From Escherichia phage vB_VIPECOOM01: a stretch of 64,000 nt of DNA. The first letter of the stretch is position 1; every line of letters starts with the position of its first letter. Position numbers and translations under genes: made by a program. The stretch is from sequence record OQ721909; one strand, written 5' to 3'. Below, in pieces: positions 24,936 to 34,295 of the stretch. The notes under the pieces were generated by a model. It saw nothing but the letters and a program-made list of their open reading frames with translations, was not told the origin of the DNA and did no database searches.

Positions 24936-25226
24936 TTATTTGCGGAATGAAATAAAAGCAGCAACTGAAGCAACTAAACTGTCTTCAATATAAACTTCAA
25001 TTTTTACCGGAGCTTCTGATTCAAATTTACCTGTTACTACACCTTGGAAAATGCTTTCAGTCTGTTCTGGCTTTGAAAAATTTTCAGAAGGAAAAATTCC
25101 GAACTTTTTATCTGTTCCAAAAATTTTGATAAATTCATCATAAACTGCTTCATTAAAAGCATTATCAGCAGGAATAACGCCTTCAACTACAAGTTCTTGA
25201 CCTAAAAAGCGCAAAGAAGATTTCAT
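24936..25226 (-). CDS. hypothetical protein (alt.-3-like)
   Basis: 96 aa ORF immediately downstream of conserved early-promoter element. Confidence 0.55.
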   Translation of the reverse strand: MKSSLRFLGQELVVEGVIPADNAFNEAVYDEFIKIFGTDKKFGIFPSENFSKPEQTESIFQGVVTGKFESEAPVKIEVYIEDSLVASVAAFISFRK

Positions 25227-25234
25227 TTTGTGTT

Positions 25235-25287
25235 CCTCATGTTATGTAAGTAAAATTACTATAACACAACACGAGGGACTTGTAAAC
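25235..25287 (-). promoter_or_regulatory. conserved 53-bp early-promoter element, copy A (upstream of alt.-3-like ORF)
   Basis: Minus-sense 'GTTTACaagtccctcgtgttgtgttatagta...'; 49/53 identical to copy B. Confidence 0.55.
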
Positions 25288-27344
25288 TACATTTTGAACT
25301 TTTTAGACATTCCGTTGATGTTAACCAAAGAAGCCAAGATTTGAGAAACTTCGTTTTCCTCTTCTTTTGATTCTTCTACAAGGAATTGATTAAATCCAGC
25401 CATTGGACGAACTTCACCAGTTTCCATCAGATGGTCGCCATCATATACCGATTCTTCTAATTGTTCAGAAGGAGGAACGATTGTGCCTTCGACTAGATAC
25501 TTATTATAAGCAGTTTCTTTCATCATGTACGTACTCACTTTATTAATCTTCAGTAGAATTCCACGTGGTAGAATAATTTCAGCTTCTGATGGAAATCCTG
25601 ATAAATGACCTGGAACGATAACTTTGATTCGCTCAGCTCCTTTAATTACCATACCAACGCTAGTTTCAGCATCTTCATTCGCATAAGCAGAGCGACTGCC
25701 CATATGCATCAAATCTTCTGCGTCAACTGAACCTTCTCCTTCACCAGAAAATACTGCACCGGAATCATCTAGAGCCATATAGTTTTTACCATACTCACCG
25801 AAGATATTTGGTTTAAGCGATGTGGATACGAAGTTCTTGAAATAAAACATTTTATTTTCAATATTATGGCGTAAAGTTTTGAAAGTAACTTCTTGTCCAC
25901 GGTAAAGTGTAGTTCCTGGAGGAAGAACTGAACCTTTAGCAAAGGCAGAATCCATTGTCTCGATGTGTTTAATAGCTCGTTCCATATATTCTTCACGGGT
26001 AGAATCTGGTTTACCTAAAAGGAACGAGTTCATTTCAACATATGAATCTGCACAATAATCTTCAATTACATCAGATTCAGCTTGAGTCAGTCCTTTTGGA
26101 GTTACTTCGGTGCTTGCGTATTCATATGCCTGGGCGGCAGATTCATTAATCAATTTATAAATGCCATTCATGACAAATTGAATAATAGCTACCTTTTCAT
26201 CTGGCGTGGCTTTAGAACCTTTAACTAAATCATTAACAATTTTCTTAATAACATCAAAGCTGTTAGAAATATTAATATCAGAAAGATCACTTAAAATTTT
26301 ATCAGTTTTATAATCAAAAAATTCTTTATTCTTTAAATATTCTTGAGAACCTTGATATGTTATATCGCTCTGTAATTTAATAGATGGATCACGTAAACGT
26401 GCATGAGCCAATGCAATATGATTTCGGAAGCTTTCTAGTTCATAATCGTTAGATTTAAAACGAGAAGCGCTTCTCATACCACCTATAGCTCCTTTGCTGA
26501 AGTTTGAACCAATTTGAATAACGCCAGAGTTCATTGATCCTTCTGCTTTATATACCGGAACTTTAGATTCAAACTCTTGATATTTCTTAGCAGCGAAGCT
26601 ATCGCCCTGAAGTGAAGCATCAACAGTAGAATATTGAGCTTGTGCTGCTAATCGACGACTAATTTTAGTTTTCTGAATAACAGCTTGATCCGTGCGCTTA
26701 TCATTTTCTAAAGCAATAGAAGCAGCAACAGCAACAGCTTTAGGAACAGCATTACCCGTTTTAACGTCTACATAAACATCACCAACCTTTGATTCAACTT
26801 TTGTGAATAACTCAGTTGAAATAGGAGGTACACCTGGAATGTCTTCTAAATTGGCATTTTTACGGTAAACCATAATATATGCATACTTTTTATCGTAATC
26901 CCAGATTTCCTTTAAAAGAACATATCGACCTGCTCCTTTAGTACGTACTAAACGGTCGGCAATAACTTGCATTTGACGAGCTGCGCCGTTTGTTTTACTC
27001 TTTAGTACGCGGAATAAGCATGCATCAATTTTATACTGTTTCATTGTTTGAAGAGCAGTATCAAAAACCGCATTAATGACACCAATTGGGTTTCCACCCA
27101 AGTTTTTAAGTTTAACTAATGATAGTTTTTCATTGACACCTATCATTACGATATGCATCATTTTATCGCCTGGCTTAACGTTTTTATTTGTATCACCACC
27201 AGAGGTGTATGTACAAAATCTAAATCCAGGAAGCACACTTTCTTCACCGGCTTGAATAGCAAAAATTTGAGGTATTTTATGCTTAGGATTTAAGTTAACA
27301 ACCGGCGCCGAAGCGCCGTCAAATAATTCTGTAATAAGTTCCAT
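25287..27344 (-). CDS. Alt-like ADP-ribosyltransferase paralog
   Basis: 685 aa; N-terminal about 230 aa near-identical to adjacent Alt; ART motifs 'LYRGQ' (Arg), 'FVSTSL' (S-T-S), C-terminal 'YDGDHLMETGE'. Confidence 0.85.
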   Translation of the reverse strand: MELITELFDGASAPVVNLNPKHKIPQIFAIQAGEESVLPGFRFCTYTSGGDTNKNVKPGDKMMHIVMIGVNEKLSLVKLKNLGGNPIGVINAVFDTALQTMKQYKIDACLFRVLKSKTNGAARQMQVIADRLVRTKGAGRYVLLKEIWDYDKKYAYIMVYRKNANLEDIPGVPPISTELFTKVESKVGDVYVDVKTGNAVPKAVAVAASIALENDKRTDQAVIQKTKISRRLAAQAQYSTVDASLQGDSFAAKKYQEFESKVPVYKAEGSMNSGVIQIGSNFSKGAIGGMRSASRFKSNDYELESFRNHIALAHARLRDPSIKLQSDITYQGSQEYLKNKEFFDYKTDKILSDLSDINISNSFDVIKKIVNDLVKGSKATPDEKVAIIQFVMNGIYKLINESAAQAYEYASTEVTPKGLTQAESDVIEDYCADSYVEMNSFLLGKPDSTREEYMERAIKHIETMDSAFAKGSVLPPGTTLYRGQEVTFKTLRHNIENKMFYFKNFVSTSLKPNIFGEYGKNYMALDDSGAVFSGEGEGSVDAEDLMHMGSRSAYANEDAETSVGMVIKGAERIKVIVPGHLSGFPSEAEIILPRGILLKINKVSTYMMKETAYNKYLVEGTIVPPSEQLEESVYDGDHLMETGEVRPMAGFNQFLVEESKEEENEVSQILASLVNINGMSKKFKM

Positions 27345-27347
27345 GAT

Positions 27348-29444
27348 TTATCCTTGAACGAACTTGTAAGGCATGTTTGTAATATCTATGCAAGACGCAA
27401 TAATTCCAAGAGATGATTCTGCTTTCTGTTTAACATTTGATGAAACAAATGATGCAAAGTCAACTCTGTCTTCTATTTCAATATCACCTGTCATTGCAAC
27501 CAATTCACCAGTTTCCATTAAATGGTCTCCATCATAGATTACCGATTCGGTGAGTTCTTCCGTAGTCATAACTTCAGCTTGAATGAGTTTTGTATTATTA
27601 GATGTTGTTCCGTCATTATTGGAAGCATCAGTTATTTTATTAACTTTGACCATCAATCCGCGTGGTAAAATAACTTCAGCTTCAGTTGCTATTCCGAGAC
27701 TTCCTGGATATACAACATTAACTTTATGAGCTCCATCAATTGCCCATCCTATTTGAACTTTAACGTATTCAGGATTTTCTTTATACGCTCTTATTTCGTT
27801 TGGATTAATAGTTATTCCTTCTTCATTTTTATCAACTGTTAATTCATTGCGAGCTTCTGGTTCTAAAAGACCAATACCAGCATGCGTAATTCCAAAACGT
27901 CCAAAAATGATAGGAGTTAAAGAAGTAGATACAAAATTTCTGAAATAGAACACTTTATTTTTAACTAGTGCTTCGTATATAGGAGCAGTCATACTTTGAG
28001 CACGATAAACTGTAATGCCTTCTGGTATACGGTCACCATTTTCAAAGGCTGAATCTAAATTATTTATCGCAGATTCAATTTCTTTTTCACTCATTACATC
28101 ATATCGTTCTGGATTATAGCGTCCTAAAAGAAGATTATTGATGTCAGTATATCCTGATCCACAATACTCTCTAATGCCGCGCTTTTGCGATGGAGTATAT
28201 TTAGAACCATCACGGGCAATAGTAATATCAATCATTGGACCTGCACCAATTCCAGAAAAGCTATAAATCATTCGTTTGAGGAATTTAGTTTTTGCTGCGT
28301 TCCAGGAATTTTTAGTTATTTCTTCCCAGACTTCATCTGGCTGTCCTTTACGGGTTTTATTATGTTTATCAAGCCAAGTATCTTTATATTCTTCAAAGAA
28401 TTTATTAATAGCTGCTGCATACTTCTCTAAACATTTTATTGAAGTAGTTGGTTCATTTTTGATCGCGTTAAAAATTACATCTTTAATTTTTTCAGAAACT
28501 TCATTAACCTCACTTTTTGAAAAGAATTTATAGTCATAGTGAAGTTCATCTGCAGTCCCTTCGGCAATAATTTTTGCTGCCTTAGTTTTAGAAGCTAATG
28601 AATTAATTCCAAGTTTCATTTCTTCCGCTTCGGGAATTAAAGGAGCTGTAGCAGGTTTATTGAAATTAGCTGCAGTAGATTCATACTTCTGGAATAATTC
28701 ACTTTCAAATCTAGAAGATTCCAATGACTGACTTTGTGCAATTGCTCTACGGGAAATTTTAACTTTAACTATTACAGCTTGGTCAGAACGTTTATCGTTT
28801 TCTTGCGCAATAGATGCTGCAATTGCCTCATTTTTAGTTACTTGAGCTCCAGTATCTTTATTGATATAAACATCGCCGACCTTCGATTCAACTTTAGTAA
28901 AGAGCTCGGTACTAATTTCTGGAACTCCTGGAATGTCTTCTAGTGATACATTTTTGCGATGTATAAGAATATATGCATACTTTTTATCGTAATCCCAGAG
29001 TTCCTTAAGAAGGACGTATCTGCCACCTGAACGACTACGGATAAGTCTATCAGCAATAACTTGAATTTGTCGAGCTTGACCAGCAGTTTTAGACTTAAGA
29101 ATACGGAGCATACAGGCATCAATTTTATACTGACGCATCGTCTGCATTGCAACAGTAAAAACTGAATTGATATAATTAATTGGGCTTGGACCGAGACCTT
29201 TTAATTTAGCAATTGAACCTTTAGCAGTTAATGTAAAAGGAACAATATGCATCATTTTATCGCCCATTTTTAAATCGCGATTAGTATCACCTCCAGATGT
29301 ATAGGTACATAAACGAAAGCCTGGTTGTTCAATTGCGTCATCAACATGAACTGAAAAAATTTGCGGTATTTTCTTCTTTGGATTTAAGTTTGTAATCGGA
29401 AGAGTAGTATCTTCGTCAAATAATTCTGTAATGAGTTCCATCAT
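27348..29444 (-). CDS. alt: Alt, packaged mono-ADP-ribosyltransferase
   Basis: 698 aa; ART motifs 'VYRAQ', 'FVSTSL'; late promoter TATAAATA 15 nt upstream; adjacent to gene 30 as in T4. Confidence 0.9.
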   Translation of the reverse strand: MMELITELFDEDTTLPITNLNPKKKIPQIFSVHVDDAIEQPGFRLCTYTSGGDTNRDLKMGDKMMHIVPFTLTAKGSIAKLKGLGPSPINYINSVFTVAMQTMRQYKIDACMLRILKSKTAGQARQIQVIADRLIRSRSGGRYVLLKELWDYDKKYAYILIHRKNVSLEDIPGVPEISTELFTKVESKVGDVYINKDTGAQVTKNEAIAASIAQENDKRSDQAVIVKVKISRRAIAQSQSLESSRFESELFQKYESTAANFNKPATAPLIPEAEEMKLGINSLASKTKAAKIIAEGTADELHYDYKFFSKSEVNEVSEKIKDVIFNAIKNEPTTSIKCLEKYAAAINKFFEEYKDTWLDKHNKTRKGQPDEVWEEITKNSWNAAKTKFLKRMIYSFSGIGAGPMIDITIARDGSKYTPSQKRGIREYCGSGYTDINNLLLGRYNPERYDVMSEKEIESAINNLDSAFENGDRIPEGITVYRAQSMTAPIYEALVKNKVFYFRNFVSTSLTPIIFGRFGITHAGIGLLEPEARNELTVDKNEEGITINPNEIRAYKENPEYVKVQIGWAIDGAHKVNVVYPGSLGIATEAEVILPRGLMVKVNKITDASNNDGTTSNNTKLIQAEVMTTEELTESVIYDGDHLMETGELVAMTGDIEIEDRVDFASFVSSNVKQKAESSLGIIASCIDITNMPYKFVQG

Positions 29445-29464
29445 ATCCTCTCTAGTGTTTATTC

Positions 29465-29472
29465 TATTTATA
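29465..29472 (-). promoter_or_regulatory. late promoter TATAAATA (alt)
   Basis: Plus 'tatttata' = minus TATAAATA about 20 nt upstream of alt ATG. Confidence 0.6.
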
Positions 29473-29477
29473 AAATT

Positions 29478-29495
29478 AAAGGCCCGAAGGCCTTT
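29478..29495 (-). terminator. hairpin between alt.1-like ORF and alt late promoter
   Basis: aaaggcc-cgaa-ggccttt. Confidence 0.5.
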
Positions 29496-29682
29496 AATAA
29501 TCTAGTGGTAAGAGAGTACGGTATATTTCAAACTTCGGACCTTTTTCATAGGCATCAAATGTTTCTGTAAATTTATTATAAGCATATGCATCTACAAATT
29601 CAAGAACGATTTGTGATACAGAAGTAGAAACATCTCCACCTTCTTTTTGAGCCACGACAATTGTTTCTAAGTAAGCTTTCAT
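29494..29682 (-). CDS. hypothetical protein (alt.1-like)
   Basis: 62 aa, ATGA-type overlap with gene 30 stop. Confidence 0.5.
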   Translation of the reverse strand: MKAYLETIVVAQKEGGDVSTSVSQIVLEFVDAYAYNKFTETFDAYEKGPKFEIYRTLLPLDY

Positions 29683-31139
29683 AGACCAGTTACCTCATGA
29701 AAATCACCAAATACATCCTCGAATGTATTAGCTTTAGTTTTATCTTCACGTAAACGAATCGCAATTGGAAGAAATAATTTAACGTAATCAGTGCGGCCAT
29801 CAGATTTTAACCAACCATTGCATTCGCACTCTAGAATTTTTCCAATATAATAATTTTGGTTTTCCATAATGCGAGTACGGTCAAGTTCATGTGATTTTAC
29901 ACCGGCTTTATCTTTTAAGCCTGAACCTGCATTTACTTTAATTTTTCCACACTCTGATTCAAGAATAAATCCACCTGCTTTAGTAGGGTCTTTACGGTGA
30001 GGATAAATTCCTACAATTTTTAAATCAACATCAATTACTTCTTTAAATTTATAAAGATTTTTTGAACGAGCATTTTCCCACAATCCATCGGTATTTTTGA
30101 GAATAATACCTTCAAGACCTTGGTCAATATATTTTTTATAAATTACCTTAGCTTCATCTAGGTTATTTACTACCTGGTTTTCAATTAAAATTACTTTATC
30201 ATATCCTGATGTCATTTGTTCTAGTTTAGAAAAACGTACATCATATTTTAAACGAAACGTCGGAAGACCGTATATTTCTACCAACGGAACATAATCCCAG
30301 ACCTGAAACTTCATGCATTTGGCTTCTTTTTCTGAAATAGTTCCCTTTAAAGATTTATTGGCGATTCCATTAGAAGCAGTACGAGATTCAGCTACTTCGG
30401 CAAACTCTTTAGCTTTACTGATTTCAGGAGCGTCAAAAAGAAAATCTAGGCCTTCTGGTTCCTTTTCAACTTGCTCATGGTATACCAATTCGCCATCAAT
30501 TAACACACCTTCTGGATGAATCTGGCGGGCTTCAGCGGTCATTTTGATTAACTCTTCCTTAAGAAGATCTAATCCTAGATATTCATTACCAGCTCGTGAT
30601 AAAAGACGAACATCATCTAATTCATCACCTCGAACTTCAGCAAAACACCGAGCTCCATCTGCTTTTAACTGTGCAAAGGCTGGAAATTTGATATTCTTAC
30701 TAATGCCTTTTTCATCATAAGAACTTGCCAGCATTTGAGGTTGTTCAGGAATTAAACCTGGCCAAACTTTGTTTGCAATAGATACTGAAGCACCGCATTC
30801 AAGGTCTCGCATCATAACTCGACGCAAAACTTCAACATCATCCTTTTTACCATCGGTGATATATCCAGTTAATTCCTCAATTGCTGCATTGCCAGTTAAT
30901 TTCCGAGTAGCTAACGTGAATTCAATGAAGTCAAGCATATCGGTAATAGTCAACATTCCAAAACTCTGGGTAGCAATACCAGGTTTAGGCCATTTCTTGA
31001 TATAATACTGTAACCCACGAGAATAAGTCAGACGATATACTCGTTTAAGCAATTCATTATCTTTATTCTTTTCAAGAATTGCTTGCTTCTGCTTAGTTGA
31101 TCCAATAGATGCTATTTCATTCAGAATTTTAAGAATCAT
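29679..31139 (-). CDS. 30: ATP-dependent DNA ligase gp30
   Basis: 486 aa; motif I 'KADGAR'; matches recalled T4 ligase. Confidence 0.97.
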   Translation of the reverse strand: MILKILNEIASIGSTKQKQAILEKNKDNELLKRVYRLTYSRGLQYYIKKWPKPGIATQSFGMLTITDMLDFIEFTLATRKLTGNAAIEELTGYITDGKKDDVEVLRRVMMRDLECGASVSIANKVWPGLIPEQPQMLASSYDEKGISKNIKFPAFAQLKADGARCFAEVRGDELDDVRLLSRAGNEYLGLDLLKEELIKMTAEARQIHPEGVLIDGELVYHEQVEKEPEGLDFLFDAPEISKAKEFAEVAESRTASNGIANKSLKGTISEKEAKCMKFQVWDYVPLVEIYGLPTFRLKYDVRFSKLEQMTSGYDKVILIENQVVNNLDEAKVIYKKYIDQGLEGIILKNTDGLWENARSKNLYKFKEVIDVDLKIVGIYPHRKDPTKAGGFILESECGKIKVNAGSGLKDKAGVKSHELDRTRIMENQNYYIGKILECECNGWLKSDGRTDYVKLFLPIAIRLREDKTKANTFEDVFGDFHEVTGL

Positions 31140-31405
31140 TGTTCATCCTTCAAAGTTTGATTTACATCTCTATTATAAATCAATTCATCATTAAGCTCAG
31201 GCAAAGACTTATGATATGTAGTTCTAACTTTATTTCCTTGCATCCAGTGCTTGACGTAAATGAAACCTTGCTCTACACATTTTTTAAAAATTCGTTCGTC
31301 TTTTTGAGCTCGGAATTCTGGATTGCATCTAAAAAATTGATTTACGTGACCGTAATCACGTGTAGTATTACCTTCATTTTCATAAATAGTATGAACAACA
31401 AACAT
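31136..31405 (-). CDS. hypothetical protein (30.1-like)
   Basis: 89 aa, coupled upstream of gene 30. Confidence 0.55.
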   Translation of the reverse strand: MFVVHTIYENEGNTTRDYGHVNQFFRCNPEFRAQKDERIFKKCVEQGFIYVKHWMQGNKVRTTYHKSLPELNDELIYNRDVNQTLKDEQ

Positions 31406-32244
31406 TAGAATGCTCCTTGAAAAATATTATCACCACTAGTAGGTCTATTATACAAATACTCTATGCCACCAGGTTTAATATAGTTCCATGTCTGAAACGG
31501 ATGTGTCTGATATGGATGATATAGATGATTATAAGGATTTAATCCAGGCGTTCTCCAGGTAGTGTTCCAAGGAAAAGAATCATTTTTAACCATCTTCTCA
31601 ATTAAATCTTTTATAGCTTTTTCACTATCAAAACTTTCTTTATTTTCCTTCGGCGAAAAAAGCTTATTTTCTACATCATTCCATGTATAAACTCGCTGTG
31701 CAGTTTTTGGAATATTGTCACGCTCTCCTCGAGCCATCCAATAAACTGGAACATTTAATATTTCACTCGCATGATCGCAGTGATGAGCGAGATCGTCAAT
31801 ATAACAAATTACGTTATATTTCTCTTTTGCCTTTTTGAACAGCTCTTCTTTTGAAGAATCATGACCACACATCATTACTTCTGAGAAGGCACCAGGAAAA
31901 AGAGCATTCAAATTAAATTGACGATTCAACAGAGCGTCAATAGAATCACCCAATGCTGTAACAGCTACAAAATTATAATCTTCTTTTAATTTGTTAATTA
32001 CACACAGGGCATCTTTATACGGAGACAAGTAACGAATAAAATCTGAACGATTGTATTTTTCAATTAACTTGACGCCAAGTTCTTCGTCACAATTAAAGAG
32101 TTTACCTGGAGAAATAAATTTCTCATCTTGGATCATTTTTAAAATATGTTCTAATGGAAGATTATATTTCTGAGCAAAATAAGGAAGGCCTGATTGCCAG
32201 CTTAAACATACTCCATCAATATCAGTTAAAATAGTAGGCTTCAT
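31405..32244 (-). CDS. HAD-superfamily-like hydrolase (30.2-like)
   Basis: 279 aa; N-terminal 'ILTDIDGV' resembles HAD motif I DxDG(T/V). Confidence 0.65.
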   Translation of the reverse strand: MKPTILTDIDGVCLSWQSGLPYFAQKYNLPLEHILKMIQDEKFISPGKLFNCDEELGVKLIEKYNRSDFIRYLSPYKDALCVINKLKEDYNFVAVTALGDSIDALLNRQFNLNALFPGAFSEVMMCGHDSSKEELFKKAKEKYNVICYIDDLAHHCDHASEILNVPVYWMARGERDNIPKTAQRVYTWNDVENKLFSPKENKESFDSEKAIKDLIEKMVKNDSFPWNTTWRTPGLNPYNHLYHPYQTHPFQTWNYIKPGGIEYLYNRPTSGDNIFQGAF

Positions 32245-32699
32245 AGAGAGTCTCTTAATAGGTTTAACACATCAATAAATTCAGCTTCGGTTAGTATTGT
32301 ATCATCTTTTGTTAGACCACTAGCCATGCTGTGCTTCAAAACTTTTCCTTTCGAAGCTTGTAATGCATCACGAAAGCCCCTGTTTTGGATCGCTGCTTCA
32401 AAATATGCATTTGTGTATAATTCTTTCCACGCTGGAGAGTATCTTGAAAATGGAACTCCAAGCCAGAACAACGTGCCACGGTCCTGAGCTCTAGCATAAG
32501 ACCTTCCAGCTTGTTGCGCATCCAATCCGGACATCCCAAATATACGTCTTTGCTGTTCAACATTTTTCACCTTACATCCTTGGAGGAATCCTTCGAGACC
32601 TCCAAATTGGATACCATCCATAACGAAAGGCCATTGGGCGAAATTACTTAATGCACATGATGGCCATCTAAAATTGCTTCTTATCTCTAGCTCAGACAT
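32241..32699 (-). CDS. NADAR/YbiA-like (DUF1768) putative N-glycosidase (30.3-like)
   Basis: ORF-track start 32705 is TTG; ATG 32699 gives 152 aa; motif 'ALSNFAQWPFVMDGIQFGGLEGFLQGCK' vs YbiA 'FSNFAAWP..VDG...SEHYFQAQK'. Confidence 0.6.
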   Translation of the reverse strand: MSELEIRSNFRWPSCALSNFAQWPFVMDGIQFGGLEGFLQGCKVKNVEQQRRIFGMSGLDAQQAGRSYARAQDRGTLFWLGVPFSRYSPAWKELYTNAYFEAAIQNRGFRDALQASKGKVLKHSMASGLTKDDTILTEAEFIDVLNLLRDSL

Positions 32700-32898
32700 T
32701 TTCAATACTTATAATTTCAACATCAGCCCAATGACCATAGCAAGGAAGACGAAATTCAACTGGCCAGTTAGGGTCCTTTTCTAATATAATAGACTTAACT
32801 TGTGGTTCTTCATGTTCATCGGTATACGGACCTTTATACGTTACTTTATATGTGACCTTAATGTACTGAATTCCAAAAATCTTATTAATTATATTCAT
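32692..32898 (-). CDS. hypothetical protein
   Basis: 68 aa; overlaps flanking ORFs by 4-8 nt (coupled array). Confidence 0.45.
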   Translation of the reverse strand: MNIINKIFGIQYIKVTYKVTYKGPYTDEHEEPQVKSIILEKDPNWPVEFRLPCYGHWADVEIISIENV

Positions 32899-33092
32899 AC
32901 TAATTCCTTTAATCCATAGATAGGAGATAATTCATCACCCATACGAAGGTCTTCATTTCCATCTACCCAGGAAACAATATAAGCCTCTTTTATTTGAATA
33001 CCACTCCATTTAAATGGAGGTAGAACCTTAGAAATTAATCCAGGTATACCGACTCCCTTTAATTCAACAGTTTGACCCAAAAAGAATTTCAT
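32895..33092 (-). CDS. hypothetical protein
   Basis: 65 aa; ATGA coupling. Confidence 0.45.
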   Translation of the reverse strand: MKFFLGQTVELKGVGIPGLISKVLPPFKWSGIQIKEAYIVSWVDGNEDLRMGDELSPIYGLKELV

Positions 33093-33379
33093 TAGAACCT
33101 CATCTGAAAACCATGCGATTTAACATTACCGCCGTCAATATCAGAAATGTTAATTTCACGCGCAATTGAAGGGTCAATGTCAATTTCACGATTGAGTTTA
33201 GCGATAGTTAGAGTATCGCGCCCATTTACAGTACGGAACTCTAAAGGGCAGACTACATTAACGTAGTTTTTAATCGATTCACTGGTAGGCTGCAAATGAG
33301 CAGGAAGGTCTTTAGGCGCCTTAGAGAAAACCACTTCACAGAAATTTTTGCGGGTATCAAAATAAGTAGTCATAAACAT
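33092..33379 (-). CDS. hypothetical protein
   Basis: 95 aa ORF with ATG. Confidence 0.5.
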   Translation of the reverse strand: MFMTTYFDTRKNFCEVVFSKAPKDLPAHLQPTSESIKNYVNVVCPLEFRTVNGRDTLTIAKLNREIDIDPSIAREINISDIDGGNVKSHGFQMRF

Positions 33380-33419
33380 AGTATTTTCCTCAGTAAGGGG
33401 CCGAAGCCCCTATTTTATT

Positions 33420-33785
33420 TTAAATATCAAATTCGTTAAGAACTACATCAAAAATCGCTTCAAGATGCTCAGGTTTAGCTCTGTTACTCAGAATATGACG
33501 AATCCAAGTTTTAACCAGAAGCTTACGATTGACGCCATTCCAGCAAGGATGAGTCCCTAAATCACGTTGACGGAAATCATCATCTAATGCGATTTTAAAA
33601 GAAGAACCTTCTTTCGTGATTGAAACTGTGATGCCATTTTCAAATCGCATATAAACGTAGTTAGGAGTCATATACTGTTCAATTTCGCATACTGATCCAT
33701 TTTGATGTTTCCAAAGGCAAATAGTATCATTAGAACCTGCAATACCGTTAGAAACATATTTACGTTCAAAGTTGATGTAGTTCAT
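33420..33785 (-). CDS. hypothetical protein
   Basis: ORF-track start 33797 is TTG; ATG 33785 preceded by GGAG; 121 aa; early promoter upstream. Confidence 0.5.
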   Translation of the reverse strand: MNYINFERKYVSNGIAGSNDTICLWKHQNGSVCEIEQYMTPNYVYMRFENGITVSITKEGSSFKIALDDDFRQRDLGTHPCWNGVNRKLLVKTWIRHILSNRAKPEHLEAIFDVVLNEFDI

Positions 33786-33821
33786 TTTATTCTCCAAGAT
33801 GTTTAATTGTGGTACAGGTAT

Positions 33822-33850
33822 ATAATATCATATCCTGTACCAAAGTAAAC
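33822..33850 (-). promoter_or_regulatory. early promoter (GTTTAC, 17 nt, TATTAT) with embedded inverted repeat
   Basis: Minus-sense 'GTTTACtttggtacaggatatgaTATTAT'; IR ggtacagg/cctgtacc at 33811-33841. Confidence 0.5.
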
Positions 33851-33852
33851 AA

Positions 33853-34185
33853 TTATTTTACTACTTTCCAGTGCTGCATGTCAAGTTTACCAACTTTTTT
33901 CATCTTCTCAATTAAGCGTTCTGCACGTTGGCGAGCTGTAACATAATACCATTCGCCTAATTCATTTTGTTCAATTTTTCCAACGATTACTGTATTCAAT
34001 TCATAAATCCAACCAGTAAAGAAATTATGAACTTGAATTGTAAAGGTGAAATCTGTTCCCATACCTTCTGTTGTTTCTACTTCAATAATATCACCTTCAA
34101 CTGCCATTAAGAACCACATAGTTTCATCATATTTACCATTGAAGCATTTAGTTTTAACTGTAGCGTTCAGATTAATCGTTTTCAT
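33853..34185 (-). CDS. hypothetical protein
   Basis: 110 aa; early promoter upstream (34214-34242). Confidence 0.5.
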   Translation of the reverse strand: MKTINLNATVKTKCFNGKYDETMWFLMAVEGDIIEVETTEGMGTDFTFTIQVHNFFTGWIYELNTVIVGKIEQNELGEWYYVTARQRAERLIEKMKKVGKLDMQHWKVVK

Positions 34186-34213
34186 TTTATTCTCCTTTGC
34201 TTGTGTAAGATAA

Positions 34214-34242
34214 TACTATCACAAAGGAACTATACTGTAAAC
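34214..34242 (-). promoter_or_regulatory. early promoter (GTTTAC -35)
   Basis: Minus-sense 'GTTTACagtatagttcctttgtgatagtattat'. Confidence 0.45.
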
Positions 34243-34272
34243 AACTTTGTGCAATCTTTGGAAAATAAAAAA

Positions 34273-34290
34273 GGACTCCCGAAGGAGTCC
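34273..34290 (-). terminator. hairpin terminator downstream of small basic ORF
   Basis: ggactcc-cgaa-ggagtcc followed on minus strand by T-run. Confidence 0.6.
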
Positions 34291-34295
34291 TCAAC

